From: Squalus acanthias
Taxonomy: Eukaryota
Reading direction: 5' to 3'
DNA: 64,000 nucleotides
NCBI GenBank assembly: GCA_030390025.1
Contig: CM059432.1
Coordinates: 1,860,001-1,924,000 of the forward strand
The translations under genes and the position numbers were made by a program. Each line of letters begins with the position of its first letter. The first letter of the stretch is position 1. The notes under the pieces are model-generated. The model searched no databases. It was given only the letters and a program-made list of their open reading frames with translations, and was not told the origin of the DNA. Below are positions 24,910 through 38,355 of the stretch, piece by piece.

Positions 24910-25530
24910 AACAACAACTTGTATTTATACAGCGCCTTTAACGTAGTAAAACGTCCCAAGGCGCTTCACAGGAGCGATTATCAGACAAAATTTAACACCG
25001 AGCCACATAAGGGAGATATTAGGGCAGGTGACCAAAACCTTGGTTAAAGAGGGAGGTTTTAAGGAGCGTCTTAAAGGAGGAGAGAGAGGTGGAGAGGCGG
25101 AGAGGTTCAGGGAGGGAATTCCAGAGCTCAGGGCCCAGGCAGCTGAAGACACGGCCACCAATGGTGGAGCGATTAAAATTGTGGATGTTCAAGAGGCCAG
25201 AATTGGAGGAGCGCAGAGATCTCGGGGGGTTGTAGGGGCTGGAGGAGGTTACAGAGATAGGGAGGGGCGAGGCCATGGAGGGATTTGAAAACAAGGATGA
25301 GAATTTTAAAATCGAAGCGTTGCTTTACCAGAAGCCAATGTAGGTCAGCGAGCACAGGGGGTGATGGGCAAACGGGACTTGGTGCGAGTTAGGACATGAC
25401 CTCAAGTTTACAGAGGGTGGAATGTGGGAGACCAGCCAGGAGAGCGTTGGAATAGTCAAGTCTAGAGGTAACAGAGGCATGGATGAGGGTTTCAGCAGCA
25501 GATGAGTTGAGGCAGGGGCGGAGTCCGGCG
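24910..25530 (-). mobile_element. L2 LINE 3' fragment
   Basis: LADLHWLLVKQRFDFKILILVFKSLHGLAPPYL; (TTG)n-like tail. Confidence 0.85.
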
Positions 25531-25756
25531 ATTGACTAATTACTTTGTTAATTTCTACAGTTATGTTCACAAGTACACTGCTGAATCTCAAAGCTTATGC
25601 AGATCACAGCCCTTTCAAAGAACCGGCACTGGCACAATGGGCCGAATGGCCTCCTTCTGTGCCCTATCATTCTCTGGGATCCTTTCTGATACAAGCAGTT
25701 CCCAAGAAATTTCTTTAGACACAAGAGGGCTAGAGTCCAAACAATTCATCAATCAA

Positions 25757-26563
25757 CACTGTTGCAATGTAGGAAATGCGGCAGCCAAATTGCGCACAGC
25801 AAGCTCCCACAAACAGCAATGTGCTAATGACCAGATAATCTGTTTGAGTGATATTGATTGAGGGATAAATATTGGCCCCAGGACACCGGGGGAGAACTCC
25901 CCTGCTCTTCTTCGAAATAGTGGCCGTGGGATCTTTTTTGTCCACCTGAGAGAGCAGACGGGGCCTCGGTTTAACATCTCATCCGAAAGACGGCACCTCC
26001 GACAGTGCGGCGCTCCCTCAGTACTGCCCCTCCGACAGTGCGGCGCTCCCTCAGTACTGCCCCTCCGACAGTGCGGCACTCCCTCAGTACTGCCCCTCCG
26101 ACAGTACGGCGCTCCCTCAGTACTGCCCCTCCGACAGTACAGCACTCCCTCAGTACTGCCCCTCTGACAGTACAGCGCTCCCTCAGTACAGCGCTCCCTG
26201 AGTACTGCCCCTCTGACAGTACAGCGCTCCCTCAGTACAGCGCTCCCTGAGTACTGCCCCTCCGACAGTACAGTGCTCCCTCAGTACAGCGCTCCCTGAG
26301 TACTGCCCCTCCGACAGTGCAGCACTCCCTCAGCACTGCCCCTCCGACAGTGCAGCACTCCCTCAGCACTGCCCCTCTGACAGTGCAGCACTCCCTCAGC
26401 ACTGCCCCTCCGACAGTGCAGCACTCCCTCAGCACTGCCCCTCCGACAGTGCAGCGGAGGCTCCCTCAGTACTGCACTGGGAGTGTCAGCCTAGCTTTAT
26501 GCGCTCCAGTCTCTGGAGCGGGACTTGAACCCACGACCTGCTGACTCAGAGCCACGGTCGACA
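25757..26563 (-). mobile_element. DeuSINE with 33-bp minisatellite expansion (about 25997-26470, about 14 units including deletion variants)
   Basis: SINE body and head flank the array. Confidence 0.9.
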
Positions 26564-27069
26564 CTCTGAAGGTGCTGCATAAATGCAAGTTGTTGTTATT
26601 GTTGTTGCACTGACTCAACAAGTCAAGCGGGGGAGCTTTAACGAGGAAGGTATTGAAAATGGGCATCAGCATTAGCATTAGTGCACTGCCAGTCTGGAGA
26701 TAGGCGGATTAAGAAATACGGCAAACAGCATCAGCCTGTACCAAGGTGCTGCGTGAGTGCAATGCTGCAGTGTTATGCTTGTACTCTATTGATATTCATG
26801 ATCCGTCCACATTGTCAATACTTCGCAATTGTTCTGTACAACTCGATGGGGATTATGCCCAGAGGTGTCTAGAAAGGAATACAAATAAAGGGATATGATT
26901 TGTTTTGTTTTTTTTATTCATTTCTCATCACATCAGGCATGTGATCATTAATCTGATCTAATAATTGTGTTTCGGGAGACACAATAATCCAAGTTGAGAG
27001 ACAAAAAATATATTTGTTTTCACCGCAGAGCCGTCACAGACATGAAAAGGGATATTGCAGGATGCACTT

Positions 27070-27620
27070 GCAGGAGCAGGAGGAGGCCGTTCAGCCCCTC
27101 GAGCCTGATCCGCCATTCAATTAGATCAGGGCTGATCCGTATCTCAACTCCGTCTACCCGCCTGGGTTCCGTAACCCTTAACACCCTTACCCAACAAAAA
27201 TCTATCCATCTCGGTCTTAACATTTTAAATTGACCCCCAGCCTCAGCAGCTTTTTGGGGGAGAGAGTTCCAGATTTCCACCACCCTTTGTGTGAAGTGCT
27301 TCCTGACATCACCCCTGAACGGCCTGGCTCTAATGTTAAGGTGACGCCCCCTTGTTCTGGACTCCCCCCACCAGAGGAAATAGTTTCTCGCTCTCTACCC
27401 GATCAAATCCTTTACTCAACTTAAACACCTCGATTAGATCACCCCTCAATCTTCTACACTCGAGGGAATACAAGCCTAGTCTGTGCAACCTGTCCTCGTA
27501 ATTTAACCCTTTTAGCCCCAGTATCATTCTGGTGAATCTGCGCTGCTCCCCCTCCGAGGCCAATATATCCTTCCTGAGGTGCGGGGCCCAGAACTGAACA
27601 CAGTTACTCCAGATGGGGTC
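27070..27620 (-). mobile_element. CR1 LINE 3' fragment
   Basis: ORF 27336-27695 CVQFWAPHLRKDIL...RRLRGDLIEVF. Confidence 0.8.
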
Positions 27621-30600
27621 ATAAGAACATAAAAAACAGGAGCAGGAGTCGGCCATTCGGCTCTTCGAGCCTGCTCCGCCATTCAATGAGATCATGGCTG
27701 ATCTTCTGCCTCAACTCCATTCACCGGCCCTATCGCCATATCCCTTGATGCCTTTACTAGTCAGAAATCTATCGACTTCTGTTTTGAATATACCCAATGA
27801 CTGAGCCTCCACAACCCTCTGGGGTAGAGAATTCCAAAGATTCACCACCCTCTGTGTGAAGAAATTTCTTCTCATCTCAGTCCTGAATGGCCTACCCTTT
27901 ATCCTGAGGCTGTGGCCCCTGGTTCTAGACTCCCCAGCCAAGGGAAACATTCTCCCAGCATCCACCCTATCAAGCCCTGTAATAACTTTGTATGCTTCAA
28001 TGAGATCCCCTCTCATTCTTCTGAATTCAAGAGAATACAGGCCTCTTCTCATACGACAGTCCCGCCATCCCAGGAATCAATCTCGTGAACCTTCGTTGCA
28101 CTCCCTCTATGGCAAGTATATCCTTCCTTCGGTAAGGAGACCAAAATTGTACACAGTACTCCAGGTGTGGTATCACCAAGGCCCGATATAATTGGAGTAA
28201 GACTTCTTTACTCCTGCACTCAAATCCTCTTGTAATCAAGGCCAGCATACCATTTGCCTTCCTAATGGCTTGCTGCACCTGCACATTCACTTTCAGTGAC
28301 TCATGTACAAGGACACCCAGGTCCCGTTGAGCATCTGCATTCCCCAATCTTTCACCATTTAGGAAATACTCTGCCTTTCTGTTTTTTCTACCAAAGTGGA
28401 TAACTTCACATTTATCCACATTATATTCCATCTGCCATGTTCTCGCCCACTCACTGAGCCTGTCGAGATCCCCTTGAAGTCTCTTCACATCCTCTTCACA
28501 ACTGACACTGCCACCTAGCTTTGTGTCATCAGCAAATTTGGAAATGTTACATTTAGTACCCTCATCCAAATCATTGATATAGATTGTGAATAGCTGGTGC
28601 CCAAGGACCGATTCTTGCGGTACCTCACTAGTCACAGCCTGCCATCCTGAAAAAGACCCGTTTATCCCTACTCTTTGTTTTCTGTCTGTTAACCAATTCT
28701 CAATCCATGCTAGTATATTACCCCCAATTCCATGTGCCCTAATTTTGTTCACCAACCTCTTGTGTGGGACCTTATCGAAGGCCTTCTGAAAATCCAAATA
28801 CACCACATCTACCGGTTCCCCTTCATCTACTCCACTAGTTACATCCTCAAAGAACTCCAATGGGTTTGTCAAACAGGATTTCCCTTTCATAAATCCATGT
28901 TGACTCTGCCCAATCTTACTATTAGTTTCTAAGTGCCCAGTTATTGCATCCTTTATAATAGACTCCAGCATTTTCCCAACTACTGATGTGAGGCTAACAG
29001 GTCTGTAGTTCCCCATTTTCTCTCTCCCTCCTTTCTTAAATAGCGGGGTTACATTTGCTATCCTCCAATCTGCAGGAACCGTTCCAGAATCTATAGAATT
29101 TTGGAAGATGACAACCAATGCGTCCACTATCCCAATGGCCACCTCTTTCAAAACCCTAGGATGTAGGTCATCTGGTCCTTGGGATTTATCGACCTTTAGT
29201 CCCATTAATTTTGCTAGTTTTGTTTTTTTACTAATAATAATTTCTTTAAGTTGCTCATGCTCACCACACCCTTGGTTTTCTTGTATTTCTGGGAGGTGTT
29301 TTGTGTCTTCCTCCGTGAAGACAGAAACAAAGGTGTAAAAATTGAGTCGCGCCCCATTTGGGGCGCTAACCTCGCCGGGGCGCGACTTTTAGCGCCCCGA
29401 AAAAATTAGCGGCCCCGCGCCGGAACTTCAGTGGTTGCGCCCCAAGAGGGAAGCGGGGCGCAACTGGAAGCAGCCCGCATCCCTCTTGGGGCGCTGCGAG
29501 TGAATATCCTGGCGCTACGTGCCGCAGCGCCACGCGCTGCGGCACGTCGCGCCGCGGTATTGCAGGCCTTCCTCCCCTTCTTAAAGGGGAGGGACCCTGC
29601 GCAGCGCGAACCGGGGCCCAGCTGGGCCCCCAGGGATCGGGAGTGCCAGGCAAAAGAGCCCGGCACTCAAGAGAAGTGCCGGGCTCTTGGAGCGCAGCCG
29701 GCACTTCACGGTGGGGGGGCTTCACGGGGGCCGGGGGCAGGTGCTGGCAGGCGGCCAGCAACAAAAATGGCCGCCTGCCACCTCCGCTTTAAATATCGCC
29801 GCCCCGGCCGCACGTACGCCTCCCTGAACCCGTCGGACATAGCGTCTGGCGGTAAATCAGGGGGCGCGACTGAAGATCACGGCCGGGGCGCGAGCGGGGT
29901 GCTGCGCACGGCGATGACGTCATCGCCGGCGGCGCAGCGCCACAGGGCGCTACCGGCTGCCGCCGCCGCTAACCTCCCACTAAATTTTTCGGGAGGCGTG
30001 GGCGGCGCTGCGCCCGGGCGTTAGCTGCTTTACGCCCCATTAGCGCCCTCTTAAGGCGCTAATGGGAGGCGCAAGCAGCTGAATTTTTCCCCCAAAGTAT
30101 TTATTTAATTTCTCTGCCATTTCCTCATTGCCCATTATAAATTCTCCCGTCTCTGACTGTAAAGGACCTACATTTACCTTCGCCAGTCTTTTCCTTTTCA
30201 CATACCTATAGAAGCTTTTACAATCCATTTTTATATTTTTCACTAGTTTGTGCTCATATTCCATTTTCCCTTTCTTTATCAATTTCTTGGTCCCCCTTTG
30301 CTGATTTCTAAAAAGATCCTAATCCTCAGGCTGACCGCTTTTTCTGGCAACTTTATAAGCTTCCTCCTTTGACTTAATACTAGCTTTAATTTCTTTTGTT
30401 AGCCATGGTTGGATCACTTTTCCTTTTGGGTTTTTATGCCCTAGAGGAATATATGTTTGTTGCAAACTATGCATTATTTCCTTGAATGTTAGCCATTGTA
30501 TGTCCACCTTCATACCTTTTAGTGTAGTCTCCCAATCTACCATGGCCAACTTGTCCCTCATACCCTTGTAGTTTCCTCTGTTTAGATTGAAGACCTTAGT

Positions 30601-30958
30601 TTCAGATTGGACTACATCACTCTCAAACTTAATATAAAATTCAATCGTATTATGGTCACTTGTCCCTAAAGGCCCCTATACCACAAGATTATTGATCAGC
30701 CCTTTCTCATTACACAGTATCAGATCCAGAATAGCCTGTTCCCTGGTTGGTTCCTCCACATACTGATCCAGGAAACCATCTCACATGCATTCCAAGAATT
30801 CGTCCTCCACACCATTAGTGGTAATTTGATTTGCCCAGTCAATATGTAGATTAAAGTCCCCCATGATTACCGTATTGCCCTTGTTACATGCACTTCTAAT
30901 CTCTTGATACATTACCACTACTGTTTGGTGGCCTAGACACAACTCCCACCAATGTTTT
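27621..30958 (-). mobile_element. CR1 LINE (endonuclease region to 3' tail), interrupted by a MITE at 29332-30093
   Basis: ORFs 30319-30561, 30040-30282, 28027-29205 (RT, FADD) and 27711-28052. Confidence 0.95.
29332..30093 (-). mobile_element. Harbinger-like MITE, related GC-rich family, reverse orientation
   Basis: AAA|GGTGTAAAAATTGAG ... GCTGAATTTTTCCCCC|AAA, 3-bp TSD; its right end matches the reverse complement of the left end of 40258-41148. Confidence 0.8.
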
Positions 30959-31107
30959 CCAGAGCTTTATACAACTGCAGCATAACTTCCACCCCTTGTA
31001 TTCCTGCCCTCTTGTAATAAAGGCCAACATTCTATGAGCCTTTTAAATTATTTTTTGCACCTGTCCACCAGCTTTTAGCGAAGCTTTCGAGACCCCTGAG
31101 CCATTAT

Positions 31108-31370
31108 GGCCCCGACTTTAGCTCGAGGTGGATTCCCCGCTCGGGCCTGAGTTAAAATTACAGTCGGGCCTCAATGATGTCATCGGGCCGCAACACGCAT
31201 ATGTAAAGAAGGACCCCGTTGGCTCCGGGCGGGTGTCCTCGCCGCCTGCTAAGGGTTAAAAATCGCAGATGTCGCGATCGTGGCGGCTTTCGGACAGGTG
31301 AGAGACGGGGGCGATTTTAACTGCCCGCCCGCCAGGTTTCTGCTGAGCGAGTCGGGTTAAAATCGCCCCT
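31108..31370. mobile_element. Probable short Harbinger-like MITE
   Basis: Flanked by TAT/TAT; ends GGCCCCGACTTTAGC ... GTTAAAATCGCCCCT; internal GGGGCGATTTTAAC/GTTAAAATCGCCCC inverted repeat. Confidence 0.45.
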
Positions 31371-31799
31371 TATGTGTCCGATCGGGGGGGCGGACGGGAC
31401 CTTTGATTTTTTTTTCAATCTTTCTCCTTTGCCTAAAACTGGAGTTGTTTTCTTAAAGTGTGCTGCTTGGTGGTGTTTTGCCTCGGTCGTATTCTAATTC
31501 TTTCCCTGTCAGAGTGACTTCTATGGCAAGGAATAAATGTGAATTTTGGTCTAAGTAGAGCTGTTTTATTAAGTGTGACTTGTAAAAAGAAAACAGATCA
31601 GAGCAGCCACATGAAAGGACCTGGTCCTTAAAGGGGCCAAGTCAAATTCTGGCAGTCTTTCGTTTTGAGCTTAAAACTCCTGGTTACCACCGCTCCCACT
31701 TCTCGGGTTCCCTGCCCTCCAGGAGTGCCCTGGAGTCTCCAGAAATTAACAATTATACTTTATAAATCACTGATGAGGCCTCAGCTGGAGAACTGCATT

Positions 31800-33172
31800 C
31801 ATAAGAACACAAGAAGAACACAAGGACTAGGAGCAGGAACAGGCCACACGGCCCCCTCGCGCCTGCTCCGCCATTCAATAAGATCATGGCTGATCTTCGA
31901 CCTCTCGACTTTCCCGCCCGATCTCCATATCCCTTGATTTCAATAATCTATCTGTCTCAGCCTTGAATATACTCAACGACTCAGCATCCACAGCCCTCTG
32001 GGGCAGAGAATTCCAAAGATTCACAACCCTCTGAGTGAAGAAATTCCTCCTCATCTCAGTCCTAAATGGCCGACCCCTTATCCTGAGACTATGCCCCCTG
32101 GTTCTAGACTCTCCAGCCAGGGGGAAACAGCCTCTCAGCATCTACCCTGTCGATCCCCTCAGAATCTTCTATGTTTCAATGAGATCACTCTCATTCTTCT
32201 AAACTCCAGAGAGTATAGGCCCATTCTACTCCATCTCTCCTCATAGGACAGTCCCCTCATCCCACGGGTCAATCTATTCATTTCTGGGCAACACACTTTA
32301 GGAAGGATGTCAAGGCCTTGGAGAGGGTGCAGAGGAGATTTACAGAATGGTTCCAGGGATGAGGGACTTCAGTTATGTGGAGAGACTGGAGAAGCTGGGA
32401 TTGTTCTCCTTAGAGCAGAGAAGGTTAAGGGGAGATCTGATAGAGGTGTTCAAAATCATGAATAGTTTTGATAGAGTAAATATAGAAACATAGAAGATAG
32501 GAGCAGGAGTAGGCCATTTGGCCCCTCGAGCCTACTCCGCCATTCGATGAGATCATGGCTGATCATCCAAATTCAGTACCCTGTCCCTGCTTTCTCCCCA
32601 TATCCCTTGATACCTTTAGCCTTAAGAAATATATCTAACTCCTTCTTGAATATATTTACTGACTTGGCCTCAACTGCCTTCTGTGGTAGAGAATTCCACA
32701 GGTTCACCACTCTCTGGGTGAAGAAATTCCTCCTCATCTCAGTCCTAAATGGCTTACCCCTTATCCTTAGACTGTGACCTCTTGTTCTGGACTCACCCGC
32801 TATCGGGAACATCCTTCCTGCCTCCAGTCTGTCTAGTCCTGTTAGAATTTTATAAGTTTCAATGAAATAAGCAGAAACTGTTTCCAGTGGCAGGAGGGTT
32901 GGTAACCAGAGGACACAGATTTAAGATAATTGGCAAAAGAACCAGAGGGGAGATGAGGAAACAATTTTTTACGCAGCGAGTTGTTGTGATCTGGAACGCG
33001 CTGCCTGAAAGGGCGGTGGAAGCAGATTCAATAGTAACTTTCAAAACGGAATTGGATAAATACTGGAAGGGGAAAAATTTGCAGGGCTATGGGGGAAAGA
33101 GCAGGGGGAGTGGGACTAATTGGAGAGCTCTTTCAAAGAGCCGGCACAGGCACGATGGGCCGAATGGCCTCC
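31800..33172. mobile_element. CR1 cluster: minus fragment 31800-32277; plus fragment 32278-33172 with a nested minus CR1 3' end at 32483-32864
   Basis: ORFs 31884-32141, 32573-32812 and 32887-33189; AAATA duplication around the nested copy. Confidence 0.85.
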
Positions 33173-33436
33173 CATCATTCAATGAGTAATCTCCAGGACA
33201 CTGCTACGAGCAAACCAGGAGAAAGATCATCGGGGTGTTAACAACAAATTGAGTGCATTTTTAAATTTCCGTTTGTCTGCTGTAAAATATTGGAGAAGGA
33301 GTAAAAAAAAAGGCTGTTTAACCAGGTGGGAAGGTCGGAGGTGGGAGGTCATGTGATGAAACCTCCAGGAATATGTCCAATCAGAGTTGGCGAACCCGAC
33401 CCACTTCTGATCATGTGCCATCCTGTAGAATTCTTT

Positions 33437-33930
33437 ACAACAACAACAGCTTGTATTTATATAGCGCCTTTAACGTAGTAAAACGTCCCAAGGCGCTTCA
33501 CAGGAGCGATTATCAAACAAAATTTGACACCGAGCCACATAAGGAGATATTAGGACAGGAGACCAAAAGCTTGGTCAAAGAGGGAGGTTTTAAGGAGCGT
33601 CTTAAAGGAGGAGAGAGAGGCGGAGAGGTTTAGGGAGGGAATTCCAGAGCTTAGGGCCCAGGCAGCTGAAGGCACGGCCGCCAATGGTGGAGCGATTAAA
33701 GTCGGGGGATGCGCAAGAGGCCAGAATTGGAGGAGCGCAGAGATCTGGGAGGGGTTGTAGGGCTGGAGGAGGTTACAGAGATAGGGAGGGGGGGCGAGGC
33801 CATGGAGAGATTTGGAAACAAGGATGAGAATTTTAAAATCGAGGCGTGGCCGGACCGGGAGCCAATGTAGGTCAGCGAGCACAGGAGGGGGGCGATGGGT
33901 GAACGGGACTCGGTGTGAGTCAGGACACGG
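33437..33930 (-). mobile_element. L2 LINE 3' fragment
   Basis: ORF 33550-33882 LADLHWLPVRPRLDFKILILVSKSLHGLAP. Confidence 0.85.
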
Positions 33931-34944
33931 GGGGCAGCTGAGTACCCGAACTCTTTCGCAACCGACGGGGCGGGGGGGGGGGGGGGCCTGTGAAAAGCAG
34001 CAGCGGGGATGATACTCAGCTTAAGATTTGCCTCTGTTTTAACAAGCATGCATTGAAACGCTGGTGGAGAGTGTCGAATATCTTTCAGGGTAGGGGGAAA
34101 GGCCAGAATCAGACAGCGAAGATGCATAGGGCCCAGTAGATTTGAACATGTCTGCTAGTTCACTGGTGTTGGATGGCCTTGTTAGCGAGGTTTTCATCTG
34201 GGGGCTTGGGGGTGGCTAGCTGGCTGTCTCGAGTGGGCCAGTAACTCACAGAAAGTGACGGTTGCAAAGGCACGGACGGCCTCCCTGGTGGGCCGACTGA
34301 TTGGACAGCCTGAGGGAGGCCCCGGGAAGGCATCAGGAGGTGAACTCGCTCAACCTCGGGAGCAATAGGCTAGAACCAGACCAAGGCGCTCGCTTGATTT
34401 TTTTTTTCCCAGTGACTCCCCTGGAAGGACGCGCTGCTTATTTAACAGCACGCCGAAGCTTTCACTCAAAAAAAATAATTTCTCAGTTTGGACAGAATGG
34501 TGTTTCGGCTGCAAGGGCAGAGATAGTCATCGCACAGGCAGGCGGGTACAAAAAAAAAATTATAAATCTGCATAATTAAGCATTCAAGGTTTGCTAATGG
34601 GGATTTCACATGCGTCGTGACTGGGCAAGGACATAGTTATGGATATAGCATTAGTTATTAAACTTGCGCTGGGTTTCTGCGTCCACTGAGAACAGGCTAA
34701 TTGTAACAGAGGTCGCATGGTTTCACTGCCGTTCTGGGACAAAGGTCATTGAAGAAAAATTGCAAGCAGCTTTTAACCGTTTCTGTTCCTTTTCGAGGGA
34801 GGATATCTAGAGGAGTATTTTACTGGAGAAGTTTCCACATTTTGTTTGTGAATTTGGCTGAAATGTTGCCAAGGAGATATCGACACATTTTGTTTCTTTC
34901 GTTTTTTTTCCATTTGTGTTTTTTCAGCCACACTGTTACTTCAA

Positions 34945-35857
34945 TTCCCTCCAGGCCCTCGCCGCCCCCTCCCTCTCTCTGTAACCTCCACCAGCCCGAC
35001 AACCCCCCGAGGTCTCTGCGCTCCTCCAATTCTGGCCTCTTGCGATCCTCGATTTCCATCGCTCCACCATTGGCGGCCGTGCCTTCAGCTGCCTGGGCCC
35101 CAAACTCTGGAGTTCCCTCCCTAAACCTCTCCGTCTCTCTACCTCTCTCTCCTCCTTGGTGTCATATTTGACCCTGAAATGAGCTTCTGACCACATATCC
35201 GCAGCATAACAAAGACCGCCTACTTCCACCTCCGTAACATCGCCCGTCTCTGCCCTTGCCTCAGCTCATCCGCTGCTGAAACCCTCATCCATGCCTTTGT
35301 TACCTCTAGACTTGACTATTCCAACGCACTCCTGGCTGGCCTCCCACATTCCACCCTACGTAAACTTGAGGTCATCCAAAACTCGGCTGCCCGTGTTCTA
35401 ACTCGCACCAATTCCCGTTCGCCCATCACTCCCTGTGCACGCTGACCTACATCGGCTCCCGGTTAAGCAGCGCCTCGATTTCAAAATTCTCATCCTTGTT
35501 TTCAAATCCCTCCATGGCCTCGCCCCTCTCTATCTCTGTAATCTCCTTCAGCCCCACAACCCCCCGAGATCTCTGCACTCCTCTAATTCTGCCCACTTGA
35601 GGATCCCTGATTTTAATCGCTCCACCATTGGTGGCCGTGCCTTCAGCTGCCTGGGCCCCAAGCTCTGGAATTCCCTCCCTAAACCGCTCCGCCTCTCCGC
35701 CTCTCTCTCCTCCTTTAAGACGCTCCTTAAAACCTCCCTCATTGACCAAGCTGCCCTAATTTATCCTTATGTGGCTCAGTGTCAAATTTTGTTTGATAAT
35801 CGCTCCTGTGAAGCGCCCTGGGACGTTTTACTACGTTAAAGGTGCTATATAAATACA
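34945..35857 (+). mobile_element. L2 LINE 3' fragments (two adjacent pieces)
   Basis: ORF 35435-35839 ADLHRLPVKQRLDFKILILVFKSLHGLAP...FKTLLKT; upstream LIHAFVTSRLDYSN. Confidence 0.9.
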
Positions 35858-36167
35858 TTTTTCAGATAAAATATGTACATTAAAAAAAAATATGGTCAGT
35901 TTGTATTTTCGGTGATATTGTCACGCGCGTGTGTGCGCGCACTTTGCTCTCATGAGCTACTGAGCCGATTATTTTCACAACCTTTCCCGTCACCGACATT
36001 CACGGGAGCGGTTTAGTGAGCGTCGCTTATCTTTCTAGTTTGATCACGGAAATCGTACCGTTTGAAAGCTGAAAAGAAAATGAGTACACCAGGGATGAGA
36101 AAAGGGCTCCAGGTTGTCACGAGTTATCCGACTCAAGTCAAAACTGTTCCCGTAACATTTGAGGCAC

Positions 36168-36890
36168 ATAAGAACATAAGAATTAGGAGCAGGAGTCGGC
36201 CATTCGGCCCCTCGAGCCTGCTCCGCCATTCAATGAGATCATGGATGACCTTCGAACTCATCTCCACTTTCCCGCCCAATCTCCATATCTCTTGATTCCC
36301 CTAGAGTCCAAAAATCTATCTCAGCCTTGAATATACTCAACGACTGAGCATCCACAGCCCTCTGGGGCAGAGAATTCCAAAGATTCACAACCCTCTGAGT
36401 GAAGAAATTCCTCCTCATCTCGGTCTTAAATGGCCGACCCCTTATCCTGAGACTATGCCCCCTGGTCTCAGACACTCCAGCCAGGGGAAACAACCTCTCA
36501 GCATCTACCCTGTCAATCCCCTTCAGAATCTTATGTTTCAATGAGATCACCTCTCACTCTTCTAAACTCCAGAGAGTATAGGCCCAATCTACACAATCTC
36601 TCATCATAGGACAGCCCTCTCATCCCAGGAATCAATCTAGTGAACCTTTGTTGCACCGCCTCCAAGACAAGTATATCCTTCCACAGGTAAGGAGACCGAC
36701 AATATGCACACTATCAATGTCCCTGTTAATTTTTAAGGGGCTGCGTGCGCGGCCCATTCTCAGTTTCGCGTCTGTGTAAAATTTAACATTGGAAAAGCCG
36801 GTCCCGCGCAGCGTGCAAACGTTGCTCATTATCCAGGTGTGCTCTCACCAAAGCCTGACATAACTGCAGCAAGCCTGACTTACTCTTCTA
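36168..36890 (-). mobile_element. CR1 LINE 3' fragment (with a small insertion at about 36715-36830)
   Basis: ORF 36239-36550 RRNFFTQRVVNLWNSLP; ATAAGAAC tail. Confidence 0.8.
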
Positions 36891-37102
36891 CTCATGCACC
36901 GTGTTTCAGGAGTTCGAAGGATCTGGCAGTGCTAACGGGCTGTTGTGGGAATGTCTGAAGTTTCCATTCCGTCGGATGTTCCCTCAGGCGGCCCCAGCAG
37001 CACAGCTCCAACAGTCTCCTGCTTATTTCAGGTCACACATGGGGCTCGGGTAAACTTGTGACTGCAGCTGATTCTTTTACTCGGAGCAACACATTGCGTT
37101 AA

Positions 37103-38355
37103 GTGTCAGCCGTGGCTCAGTGGGCGGCGCCCTCGCCTCTGGGTCAGGAGGTTGTGGGTTCAAGTCTCACTCCAGAGACTGGAGCACAAAATCTCGGCTA
37201 ACACTCCCAGTGCAGTACTGAGGGAGCGCCACACTGTCAGAGGGGCAGTACTGAGGGAGCGCCGCACTGTCAGAGGGGCAGTACTGAGGGAGCGCCGCAC
37301 TGTCAGAGGGGCCGTACTGAGGGAGCGCCACACTGTCGGAGGGGCAGTACTGAGGGAGCGCCGCACTGTCGGAGGGGCAGTACTGAGGGAGCGCCACACT
37401 GTCAGAGGGGCAGTACTGAGGGAGCGCCGCACTGTCAGAGGGGCCGTACTGAGGGAGCGCCACACTGTCGGAGGGGCAGTACTGAGGGAGCGCCGCACTG
37501 TCGGAGGGGCGGTACTGAGGGAGCGCCGCACTGTCGGAGGGGCAGTACTGAGGGAGCGCCGCACTGTCGGAGGGGCGGTACTGAGGGAGCGCCGCACTGT
37601 CGGAGGGGCAGTACTGAGGGAGCGCCGCACTGTCGGAGGGGCAGTACTGAGGGAGTGCTGCACTGTCGGAGGGGCAGTACTGAGGGAGTGCTGCACTGTT
37701 GGAGGGGCAGTACTCAGGGAGCGCCGCACTGTCAGAGGGGCAGTACTCAGGGAGCGCCGCACTGTCGGAGGGGCAGTACTGAGGGAGTGCTGCACTGTCG
37801 GAGGGGCAGTACTGAGGGAGCGCCGCACTGTCGGAGGGGCAGTACTGAGGGAGTGCTGCACTGTCGGAGGGGCAGTACTGAGGGAGCGCCGCACTGTCGG
37901 AGGGGCAGTACTGAGGGAGTGCTGCACTGTCGGAGGGGCAGTACTGAGGGAGCGCCGCACTGTCGGAGGGGCAGTACTGAGGGAGCGCCGCACTGTCGGA
38001 GGGGCAGTACTGAGGGAGTGCCGCACTGTCGGAGGTGCCGACTTTCGGATGAGACATTCAACCGAGGCCCCGTCTGCTCCCTCAGGTGGACGTAAAAGAT
38101 CCCGTGGCACTATTTTGAAGAAGAGCAGGGGAGTTCTCCCCGGTGACCTGGGGCCAATATTTATCCCTCAAACAACATCACTAAAACAGATCATCTGGTC
38201 ATTATCACATTGCTGTTTGTGGGAGCTTGCTGTGCGCAAATTGTCTGCTGCGTTTCCCACATTACAACAGTGACTACCCTTCGAATGTACTTCATTGGCT
38301 GTGAAGCGCTTTGGGACGTCCTGAGGTCGTGTCAGGCGCTATAGAAATGCGAGTC
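37103..38355 (+). mobile_element. Full-length DeuSINE carrying about 25 copies of the 33-bp minisatellite (37215-38035)
   Basis: Head gtgtcagccgtggctcagtggg, array of CAGTACTGAGGGAGCGCCGCACTGTCGGAGGGG, Deu-domain, L2-like tail. Confidence 0.92.

Noticed and set aside
29366..30024. Ala/Arg/Gly-rich ORFs (197, 132 and 86 aa)
   Set aside because: Stop-poor GC-rich MITE sequence with no domain motif.
37103..37180. tRNA gene
   Set aside because: A/B-box-like motifs belong to the tRNA-derived SINE head, which is repeated many times in the window.
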